A stretch of 64,000 nucleotides of DNA from Hyaloraphidium curvatum SAG 235-1 (taxonomy: Eukaryota > Fungi > Monoblepharomycota): assembly GCA_025558095.1 (NCBI GenBank), contig JAIVFI010000004.1:248001-312000 (forward strand). The letters are read 5' to 3'. Below are positions 37,841-46,888 of the stretch, piece after piece. Each line of letters opens with the position of its first letter. The first letter of the stretch is position 1. The translations under genes and the position numbers were made by a program. The notes below the pieces were generated by a model. That model saw only the letters and a list, made by a program, of their open reading frames with translations, was not told where the DNA came from and searched no databases.

Positions 37841-38003
37841 TCCAACACCCGCTGCTGCACTCAAGTGTTCGGCCGGATTCCGCGTTTCTGAGAGCACCCA
37901 TTGCCCATTGCGAGATCTGACTTCTCGGCCCGCATACTTCCGGTGCGGCCCATCGGAACACTCTTTTGCGAATTCGCCAGACGGCCTGTGCCCGTCCATC
38001 GCG

Positions 38004-39225
38004 ATGGACGGGCTGGCAGAAGGCGCCGGCGACATCGTCGCCCCCGTTCCCCTCCCGGCCTCCGTCGCCCAGAAGATGGCCTCGGCCTGCCTCGGCGCCG
38101 TGCTCACCTCGCTGGTCGTCACGCCCTTCGACGTCGTCAAGACGCGCCTGCAGGCCGGCCGCGCCGTCGCTGGCGGGGGCGGCTACGGCCACCTGCAGGT
38201 GCACGAGTGCTGCCGCGAGGTGTTCTTCGGGCAGCCCGTGGTGTGCAGGTTCCCGGCGCCGGCGGTGGCGCTGGACGGCGCCGCGTGCGCGGGGAGCATC
38301 GCCGTCGGCGCAGAGGCGGCGTCGGCGCGGCTGTTTACGGGGACGCTCGAGGGGATGGTCAAGATCGTGCGGTACGAGGGCGTGCAGAGCCTGTGGAGCG
38401 GGCTGTCACCGACGCTGTACGTGTTGCTGGCGTGCAGCGGAGGACTACCGGAGATCTGATCTATTGCTGGTTGCCCGAACAGCCTCATGCAGGCGCCGGC
38501 GACGGTCGGGTACTACCTCGGCTACGAGTTCATCCGGGACCGGCTCGTGGCGCGGTTCCGCGGCACGGGAATCGACCCCGACCACTATGCGCCGCTCGTC
38601 GCCGGCTCTTTCGCAAGAAGTGGGTCTATACGCTGCCGACTGCCCTTCCTTGGCCTCACCGTCGCCCTGATCCCGTGATCTCCACCAACTGGTTTCGCCA
38701 GCCATCGCAGCGACCGCCATTTCCCCCATCGAACTCATCCGCACGCGCGTGCAATCCTCCTCCCAGCCCCTGCGATCCGTTCTCGCCGGCGTCCGCGCCG
38801 AGGCCGCCCTCAACGGGCCCCGCTGGCTCTGGACCGGCCTCGCGCCCACCCTGTGGCGGGACGTCCCCTTTTCCGCGATCTATTGGTTCGGCTACGAACG
38901 GACGAAACGATATTTGCTCGGTCTGCCAGCGTACCAGCGCGGGGGCGTGTGGGGCGAAGGCTGGGCGAGCTTCCTCGCCGGCGCCGCTTCCGGCTCCCTC
39001 GCCGCGGTGGTGACCACGCCCTTCGACGTGGCCAAGACGCGGAACCAGATCGGCGAGGGGCCGCAGCCGGGGATGGTGGCCATCATGCGGGCGATCGTCG
39101 CCGCGGAGGGGTGGGCCGGGCTGATGGCCGGGTGGACGGCGAGGGTCGCCAAGGTGGCGCCGGCGTGCGCGATCATGATTTCCACGTACGAAGTGGGGAA
39201 GAGGATGGCGGGCGGTTTGCCGTGA
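38004..39225 (+). CDS. Mitochondrial carrier, SLC25A39/40 (Mtm1)-type
   Basis: TPFDVVKTRLQ, LWSGLSPTL, SPIELIRTR, RDVPFSAIYW, TTPFDVAKTR, KVAPACAIMISTYE; 2 introns. Confidence 0.92.
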
Positions 39226-39422
39226 CTGGATCGGGGGGATCGGGGGCGGGTGCGCGAACCGGGAGCGGGAATCGGAAAGGTGGACCTGCTAGAGTGGCTA
39301 GATCTGACCGCTGGCATAGCATGAATCTGCGTCTGTACATATCAGCTCTGACACTGCGACACGACATTCATCAATCTTGACCCCAGCCCGTGGTTAAGCC
39401 CCACTACGTCCCCGATCCCAAG

Positions 39423-40289
39423 TCATTGGCCCTCGCCCTTCTTCCCCGTTTCCCGCGCGCTCTTGTCCCACCTCGCCCAGGTCCTCGACAGCCCCCTCAC
39501 GTCGTCCCACACCTCCCCCAACCAGCGCTTCCAGAGCTCCCCGCCCCTCTTCACCATCTCGGCCGCCTTCCCCCCGTCCGGCCACCCCTCCCCGCGGATC
39601 CCGAACCCGTCCTCTGCGATCCGTTTGAGCAGCGCCGCGGCGCGCCCCGAGTCCCACGAGGCGCGGAACCGCTCCGCGAACCGCAACGCCGGGGCCGCGT
39701 GCTTCTCGGCGAACGCGCGCAGGTCCGACACCGCGCCCGGCAGGAAATCGTCCCCCGGCGCCGACTGCTGGAGCTTGGTCGGCGGAGCGGGGGCCGTGAT
39801 CGTCTGCGGAGCGTGCTTGGGCACCAGCGTGCGGAACCGCACCACGATCGTGTCCTCCGTGATGTCCAGGCATTCCGCGCCCTCGGCCGGCGTCCCGGGC
39901 GGCTCGCGCATGCCCCACGCCTGGCCAACCATCGCGTCGACCGCGGAACGCTGCGTCACGGCGGCGCGGAAGGGGAGGAGCGGCGGGGCGGCGCCGGGCG
40001 GGCGCTCGCGGAGGGCGTCCGGGCGGCGGAGGAAGCACGTCTGCTCCACACGCAGCGCGGCGCCGATCTCCATTGTGGCCGAGAAGCAGACATCCCCGGC
40101 GGGCGGCCTGAAGAGCCGGACGTGCGGCGGCGGCGGGCGCGGCGCCGCGAGGAAGCGCGCCGCGGAATCGGCGGCCGCCGCCGCGGCGGGCGCCGAGAAG
40201 CCGTCGCGCTCGAGCTTCGCCCGGAACGCCGCGCGGAAGGCCTCGATGTCGGCCGCGCTGGCGGGCGGAACGCCGCCTGGAGGCTCCAT
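39423..40289 (-). CDS. Hypothetical protein (~290 aa, intronless)
   Basis: Open frame from MEPPGG with protein-like composition; no recognisable motif. Confidence 0.55.
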   Translation of the reverse strand: MEPPGGVPPASAADIEAFRAAFRAKLERDGFSAPAAAAAADSAARFLAAPRPPPPHVRLFRPPAGDVCFSATMEIGAALRVEQTCFLRRPDALRERPPGAAPPLLPFRAAVTQRSAVDAMVGQAWGMREPPGTPAEGAECLDITEDTIVVRFRTLVPKHAPQTITAPAPPTKLQQSAPGDDFLPGAVSDLRAFAEKHAAPALRFAERFRASWDSGRAAALLKRIAEDGFGIRGEGWPDGGKAAEMVKRGGELWKRWLGEVWDDVRGLSRTWARWDKSARETGKKGEGQ

Positions 40290-40461
40290 GTGTGCTGCGA
40301 GCGCTACTGCGACTGATGCCCGCGCTGATGCGCGCCCGCGCGCGCAGCTAGCACGCGATCGATCTCGGTTCCGCGGCCAGTTCCGCGAGGACGCCGGAAC
40401 GCCGCTCCCCTGGAATAGCCCTCCACGGAGCACTCATATTCACTCCCGAGCCCGTGTCGTG

Positions 40462-40935
40462 ATGGCTGCGCTGCAGGGCTACGATGGCTACCCTCCCGAG
40501 CCGTGCACGGAATGCCCCGAGTGCGACAACTTCCTAAAAGGCAGAGTGATCAACATCTGCGACTGGTGCGGCCATAATGCCAGTGTGCACAAGCCGAACC
40601 AGCAGGCGGCCGGTAAGATTCCCTGCTCGGCGCGTCTCCTCGCGCTTACCTTCCCAGGCCCTTCACACATTCCTGCGTTCAAGTACCATGGAATGCCTCC
40701 ACGACCAGGCCTTGGACCGCAAATGGGCCAGCAGGCACCCAAGCCGCCCGCGCCACACTCCGTGTTCCGGACCGCGATGGCTGCGCCGACGGGCTACGAC
40801 CCGAGTGGCTACCCTCTCGAGCCGTGCACGGAATGCCCCGAGTGCGACAACTTCCTTGAAGGCAGAGTGATCAACATCTGCGACTGGTGCGGCCATAATG
40901 CCAGTGTGCACAAGCGGAACCAGCAGGCGGCCGGT
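40462..40935 (+). repeat. Near-identical duplicated coding module (40462-40614 and 40777-40935)
   Basis: Both copies begin ATGGCTGCG, encode CTECPECDNFL.GRVINICDWCGHNASVHK.NQQAA and end at an equivalent splice donor; only a few nucleotide differences in the core. Confidence 0.92.
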
Positions 40936-43204
40936 GAGTGGTCTGGCTCGCGTATCTCGGGCCGGTGACATCAAGCCGTCATCCTCTCCTCTCCAGTAAT
41001 GTCGTACAGACCGGCCGCTTCCGATGCCTGGGTTCTGCGCTACGGGCTTGACGCGCAGATGAAGCTTCGCGCGGATTGCAGGAACTGCGACTGTGCGGTG
41101 TACGCGCGGCAGAGCATGGGGAATGGTTGCGGGAACCCGAAGTGCCGCCACCTCTCGACCGATCACCGCCGTGGGATCATCTCCCGCAGTACAGCATTGT
41201 GTGCATTGACCACGCTGCACCTTAGAGGTCATTGAGTTCTGCGAGATCGACAGACCCTACTACGAGTTCAGCAATTCCTACGTCTCCCCGTTCCTCGACG
41301 CAGAGGGCAAGCAATGGGCGACTTCGGAGCACTATTTCCAAGCGCGCAAGTTTTTTCCACACGCACCCTGGTTGATGGAGCAGATACGGAGGCTGCCGAC
41401 TCCGCGTGATGCGTTCGAGCTCGCTCAACAGCACCGGGCGCAGATGCGGCCCGACTGGCATCAAGGAGAGTCCCTCAAAGTCATGAAGGAAGCCGTGCAC
41501 CGCAAATTCGTGCAGAACAATGAGCTCCTGGTGAAGCTTCTGGACACGGGGGACGCGTACATCGTGGAGCACACTACCAATGACGCGTACTGGGGAGACG
41601 GAGGCGGCAACGGCCGTGGCCGCAACGAGCTCGGGAAGGCGCTCATGCAACTTCGAGACGAGCTCAATGGAAGGGTCCGCCAACCGATCAAGGATCCGAC
41701 CGCGAGACCGCCGGAGCCCGACCGGCGCCAGGAAGCAGAAACTGAGGCGCGGCGTCGCCGGGAAGAAGAGCTGACGCGCGAGCACCAAAGGTTGGAGTTC
41801 GAGCGGCTGCGGGCGGCGGATCAGGCTCGGGAGGCCGAGCGAGCGCGTATAGCAGAGGCCGAGCGCCAGAAGAAAGATGCGGAGCAGGAGGCGGCACGGC
41901 TGCAGCAGCGCGAGGCGGACAAGGCGGAAGCCCGCAGGAGGCACCAGCAGCTGGCCGACGAAGCTGCCCGCGTGCGGGAACAGGAGGCGGAGGTGGCCCG
42001 CCGCATGGAGGAGCTCCGGGTTCGGGAGCAGGAGGTGGAGAGGAGGAAGGCTGAGGTTGAGGAGATGGCCAAGCTCGCCCCCCTTTTGCGTGCAACGCCC
42101 TCCTCGGACTCCTCTGAGGCAACCAAGCTCCCCTCGGAACCCTCCCGATCGGATGAGGCGACTAAGCTCCCCTCGGAACCCTCCCGATCGCGTGCTTCCT
42201 CGGGCAGCGCCAAATCCGACCATGCGGCCTTCCTCTCCAAGCTCCGCATCACGAAGGACGAGGTGGCTTACTCCACCGACGCCACGGCAGTTCTCGGCGA
42301 GGGCAGCTTCGGCATCGTGTACCGCGGCCTGCTCAGAGGCGCGACGCGGGTTGCCGTCAAGGCGATCAAAGGTGACGTGACCCCCGAGACGGTGGCGATG
42401 TTCCTCAAGGAGATCGCGGTGTGGGACGGGCTGAATCAGCGGAACGGTGAGCCCTCGAGCCGTCTTTCGCCATCACGGGCTTAATCTTCCCCGCAGTGCT
42501 TCCGCTCCTGGCGTTTTGCGAGTCCCCGCCCCTACTGATTTCGGAGCTGACCGAGGGCAGCATGCGCTCCCGACTGGACGCGCTGCGCTGGGACCAGGCC
42601 GTTGGGCTCAGGTACCTTCGCGGGGTAGCCGCAGGGATGGCCTACCTGCATTCCTACAAGGTGCTCCACGGGGACCTCAAGTGTGCCAACATCATGATCG
42701 GTGGGACTGCCGGGCGCATCTCGGGTCGCTCATCTCATCCGGGCAATGGCAGACCACGACATCCCCAAGATCGCCGACTTTGGCCTCGCCAAGGTCCGCT
42801 CCCACCTCTCCCTCGGCTCCACCCGCGGCGACGGCGATGCCACCGGCGGCGGCGGCGGCACGCCCCCGTTCATGGCCCCCGAGCTCTGGCGCGGGGGCAA
42901 GCTCCGCACACCCGTGGACGTGTACGCGTTCGCGATGGTGTGCTACGAGGTCACCGACGAGGGAGGATACCCTTTCGAAGGGCTGTGGATGGCGGCAGTG
43001 GGTGGTCCTGCACGCCGGATTTGATCGATCACTGGAGTTCTTTTCCTTTGTAAGGTCAGCGAGGCCGTCCTGCGTGGGGACCGCCCCGAGCGCCCCGACA
43101 ACGCCGATGACAAGATGTGGGCGCTCATGGAGCGCATGTGGGCGCAGAGCGCGGCCGACAGGCCGACGTTCGTCGAGGTCTGCGCGGAGATGGAGCGGTG
43201 GTAG
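40462..43204 (+). CDS. Fusion protein: Cys/His repeats - NADAR (YbiA/RibX) - coiled coil - TKL-type protein kinase
   Basis: Phase-compatible GT-AG introns 40613-40657, 40934-40996, 41189-41225, 42447-42496, 42701-42752, 42998-43054. NADAR motifs FSN, SEHYFQARK, EHTTNDAYWG, GRNELGKALM. Kinase motifs GEGSFG, VAVK, HGDLKCAN, DFG, MAPE. Confidence 0.85.
42114..42190 (+). repeat. 39-bp in-frame tandem repeat (EATKLPSEPSRS x2) in the kinase linker
   Basis: Two copies of aagctcccctcggaaccctcccgatcg, 39 nt apart. Confidence 0.85.
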
Positions 43205-43234
43205 GCATCAAGCTGTTGCTCGCCGGCGGGGTCC

Positions 43235-43800
43235 GGGGTTCTTGGAGAGGGCGGGTTTTGGCCTCCTGCGACGCCGATCCTGCACCTTGACGTAAGGACG
43301 ACAACGTGCTGATCGACGAGAACGGGGTCGCCAAGATCTCGGATTTCGGGATGTCCAAGATCCGGGCCACGGCCTTTCTACACTCCACGAAGCGTTCAGG
43401 AGGGACACCCGTCTTCACTTTCCCCCGAAAGTGGGATTGCCCCCCGAGCTCTTACGGCCATCCCGATCACTGACCGCCCCTTCCGCCCGCTCAGGCGTCG
43501 CCGCCGCGACCCAAGCCCGGCACCGCCACGGATCTTTACGCCTTCGCCATTGAGCTCCTCTCCGAAGACGATATTTTCCTCAGGGACCGGCTCATGGACG
43601 AGGAACTGATGGTCCCTGGGCACGGCATCGATTTGGAGCCCTTCGGCGCGCGTCTGCGGAGCGACCCGGCGTTCAGGCCCGAGCGGCCCCGTGGGGTACC
43701 GGACGCGACATGGGAGCTGATGAGGAGGTGTTGGGCGATGTATTCGGGGAGGTCGTGGCTGATCCTCCGGAGCACCGGCCGATCGCACGGAACTGCCATC
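43235..43800 (+). pseudogene. Fragmentary second TKL kinase domain
   Basis: Disjoint pieces VLGEGG.., DNVLIDENGVAKISDFGMSKIR..GGTPVF, ATDLYAFAI, RPERPRGVPDATWELMRRCWA in different frames; VAIK and HxD segments not found; in-frame stops immediately upstream of the DNVLID segment. Confidence 0.7.
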
Positions 43801-43944
43801 CAGACGGAGGGTCAATTCCATTTCCTGATAGATCATTACATATGCTTATGCGAACAATGGTCTTGTGCTCGCCGGGCGACGAAGAAGATATCAATCGTAC
43901 GCGCAGCCAAACCCCACCCAGATGTCGGCCGTACCGACGCAGCT

Positions 43945-45717
43945 TCATTTCTTCGGCAGCTTCGGTTCCGGCAGATCGGCTTCGCCTTCCGACTGTCCGT
44001 GAACCGGCGCCTCAACCATCGCCCCTCTCCGCAGCCGCCCCGCCGCCGTCGCGCAGGTCCTGGAGCAGTAGTTGTACCCCTGAAGCTTCGCCCGGGTCTT
44101 GCACTGAGGGCACGCGATCTCCTCGGGGAGCTGCTCCCGCTGCCGCCTGTCTTCTCCCGTCCCGCCACCGAACGCCTCGAGCGCATCCCGTAGGCGCTCC
44201 TGGAGCGGGCCGTCGCTTTCCCCAGCAGCGGAAAGCAGCGTTCGCACGGCTTCCGCCATCCGTGCTTCGCCCTCGTCGAGGAGATCCGCGTAGGTCGGAT
44301 CGAGCAGGAAGGACGAGACGTCGGCAGCAAGGAAGCCCACGCGATCCAGGAACACGTCGAGCAGCCTGGCCGCCCGCGCGATCGCAGGGCCGTCGACGCC
44401 CCCAGGCGGCTGTGGTGCGAGAAAGACAAAGTCCAGATCGTCCCCCCACAGCTCCTGGAGCAGTAAATCGTCGAACAACTGCACCGCCGTCCCGATCGCC
44501 GCCCTCGTCCCTTGCCCGTCAGCGGCCGGCCTGCGCGCCCGGCGCACGCCGTCCACGAGCCGGTGGAACGTGTCGTCGGCGAGCGAGTACCCGACAAACA
44601 GCATGTGTTTGGTGATGAGCATGGCCTGGACGATGCCAAAGAGCGCCGTGGCGCGCTCGGGGAGGCCGAGGTAGTCGGCCCGGGTGAGCACCATGTCGCC
44701 GCGGGAGATGTCGCCGTGGAGCTTGAGCACCCACCGGCCCTCGGGCCCGATGGGCTCGTAGGGCAGCACGGCGACCTTGCGGCCGCCGGAGCGGCATGCA
44801 TCCTCGTAGAGCGTGTCGTAGTTGGTCGTGACCGCCTCGCGGGCGCCGAGGCCGGCGAGCAGCGCGTGGGCCAGGGCGTGGCGCTCCGAGCGTACGAGGT
44901 CCGCGAGCGCGGAGCGGTAGTTTGCATCGTCCTGGAATTTGCGGGCTACGAGGAGGGCCTGGTCGCGCACGTCCAGCGCGCGAAGGCGCTCCCGGTAGGA
45001 CGCGTCCATGCCCAGCGGGGCGGCGAGCTGCTCGATCAGCGCGTTCCACATCGGCAGGCCGGCCCCGGCGCTCACGCCGGCGCCGAGGAAAAGCACCAGG
45101 TCGCGGCGCTGGGCTGTGCCGGCGAGCCTTTCCGCCTGCGCATTCAGCGTCTCCGATCGCTCGCCCATGTCCCACCGCTGTGCATCGGGCGTCTTCTGCC
45201 TGGCCCGCTGGGCGGCGGCGTAGCCCACGGGACCGAACGCCACCAGCACCACGTCGACGCCCACGTCGCTTGCGGCCTTTGCCAGCCTCTCCACCAGCAC
45301 GGCATACACGGCGCCCTTTCGGCCCGCCATGCCGCCCGCGCCGGTGCCGACGACGTGCACGGCCACGCGCGGCGGGGGGCCCGCCGGTCTCTCGGCGTCT
45401 TTTGCGTACGCGGCGACGAACTCGGCGGCCCCGTCCGCGTACCATTCCGGGGGCCGGTTGCTGTGTCCCACCGCCCCGATCCAAATCGCCGGCGAACGCG
45501 GCCCGCCCGGCCGGAGCTGGAAGCACCGCACAGCATCGACCCAGCCGGCCGGCGGCGTCACGTCCGCGGGCAGCCGGCACTCGTCGGGCGCGAGCCCGAG
45601 CGCTGCGCGCCACCGCGGCGTGATGCGCAGCCCGCGGTCGGACGGCACGAGCACGGCGTCGCACACGAGCCGCGTGAGGTCGCCGTCGACGATGAAGAGG
45701 TGGCCGGGCGTCGCCAT
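43945..45717 (-). CDS. Macro-like + SIR2-like (SIR2_2, NADase-type) protein with C-terminal Zn finger
   Basis: GDLTRLVCDAVLVP and VAVHVVGTGAGG (Macro-like); LVLFLGAGVSAGAGLPMW, TTNYDTLYE, VLKLHGD, MLFVGYSLADDTF (SIR2); CPQC..YCSRTC; intronless 590 aa. Confidence 0.88.
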   Translation of the reverse strand: MATPGHLFIVDGDLTRLVCDAVLVPSDRGLRITPRWRAALGLAPDECRLPADVTPPAGWVDAVRCFQLRPGGPRSPAIWIGAVGHSNRPPEWYADGAAEFVAAYAKDAERPAGPPPRVAVHVVGTGAGGMAGRKGAVYAVLVERLAKAASDVGVDVVLVAFGPVGYAAAQRARQKTPDAQRWDMGERSETLNAQAERLAGTAQRRDLVLFLGAGVSAGAGLPMWNALIEQLAAPLGMDASYRERLRALDVRDQALLVARKFQDDANYRSALADLVRSERHALAHALLAGLGAREAVTTNYDTLYEDACRSGGRKVAVLPYEPIGPEGRWVLKLHGDISRGDMVLTRADYLGLPERATALFGIVQAMLITKHMLFVGYSLADDTFHRLVDGVRRARRPAADGQGTRAAIGTAVQLFDDLLLQELWGDDLDFVFLAPQPPGGVDGPAIARAARLLDVFLDRVGFLAADVSSFLLDPTYADLLDEGEARMAEAVRTLLSAAGESDGPLQERLRDALEAFGGGTGEDRRQREQLPEEIACPQCKTRAKLQGYNYCSRTCATAAGRLRRGAMVEAPVHGQSEGEADLPEPKLPKK

Positions 45718-45912
45718 GGCTCGGTGTGTCTCCCAGCGTTAACGAGTCTAAGCATCACGGCGCCATCAACCCGCTAGACCCTGATGCACCCTGATCGGCC
45801 ATTCGAGTTAGAGCAGCGACACTCTCATCCGGAGCTGCAGGTGTCCACGTTGCAGCCGATCGCCCAGAGTCGTCTCCAAAAGAGCAACATTACGATTCCT
45901 TACACATCTCAA

Positions 45913-46489
45913 CTAAGAAACGGACCAGTCGGCCGATATCGTGCACTCCCCCACGATGTTGCCAATGTTATCCGGGACAAAGAGCAGCGCGTTGAGCGAG
46001 TAGTTGCCCCGCTCCGTCCACTCTTCCGGGTACTGTTCGTGCGCAGTCAACCCGGCAATTCGCATCAGTTGTCTGCCCAGGGGCGGGGGTAGCCAAGCAA
46101 CCCACAATGACCTCATTCACAGCAAACGCACCCCAGCTGAACGTCCCCAGCTCCGACGCCCCGACGCTCCCGTCAAACAGCGAGGTATCCCCGCGGCGGA
46201 TGGAGACCGAGACGCTGCAGCGTTCCAGGAATACGTTGTCGGTGGGGAGGTCGGACCATGTGACCGTGGCGCGCACAGGCTGGCCCTGCGGGTATCTGTC
46301 AACTGTGCGATGTGCGGGCGCCAAGATCGCGCGTGTGATCTGTCGCACCGGGACGGGGGGGTTCGTTTCGCAGGACACCTCGATGGAGTAGTTCTTGGTG
46401 AAGCTGGGCGGGTTGTTCCCGGAGAGCGGCCGCGACGTGAACTCGTTGAACGTGAAAGTCCCGAAGCCGCGGACGGCGCCGACAGACAT
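45913..46489 (-). CDS. Small beta-rich orphan protein
   Basis: ORF MSVGAVRG..AVNE can splice (GT..CAG, ~46033-46110) to YPEEWTERGNYSLNALLFVPDNIGNIVGECTISADWSVS*. Confidence 0.55.
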
Positions 46490-46559
46490 GGCGCGACAAT
46501 CAGTGCGAAGGACGACGCGTGACGAGCGCGGCTCTCAGTCTAATAGCGGCGTTGTCTCG

Positions 46560-46856
46560 AATCTCGGCACACGCGAGGTGTGGTCCGCCGGACGCGGACG
46601 CGGCAAAATCTCCTTCGGCGGCAGAGTGGAAAGAAGTCCGAGGTCTGCAATCAACGCCGGCGGCCGGTAGAAGCTCCCGATCATGTTCTTCCCTGCAGTA
46701 TGTTGACGCCCGTCTTGCCGCCCACCGACAAATCGATCATGGAGGAGCGTTGTCGGCACCTGAACGAAATCGATGCCGCGCTGATCGCAGCCGCGAACCC
46801 TGCATGTCGTTATCGACACCGCCTTCCAACACGACCACGAGGGCGCCGCGGTCGAA
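46560..46856 (-). pseudogene. aroB: Decayed partial copy of 3-dehydroquinate synthase (aroB)
   Basis: Aligns by eye to 56306-56585 (e.g. gtggaaagaagtccgaggtc, ggtagaagctcccgatcatgttcttccc); encodes [14 protein letters not shown] and [10 protein letters not shown] with frameshifts and an insertion. Confidence 0.9.
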
Positions 46857-46888
46857 ACCTTCGTTGCCGATCCCGATCGCCCTCCATT

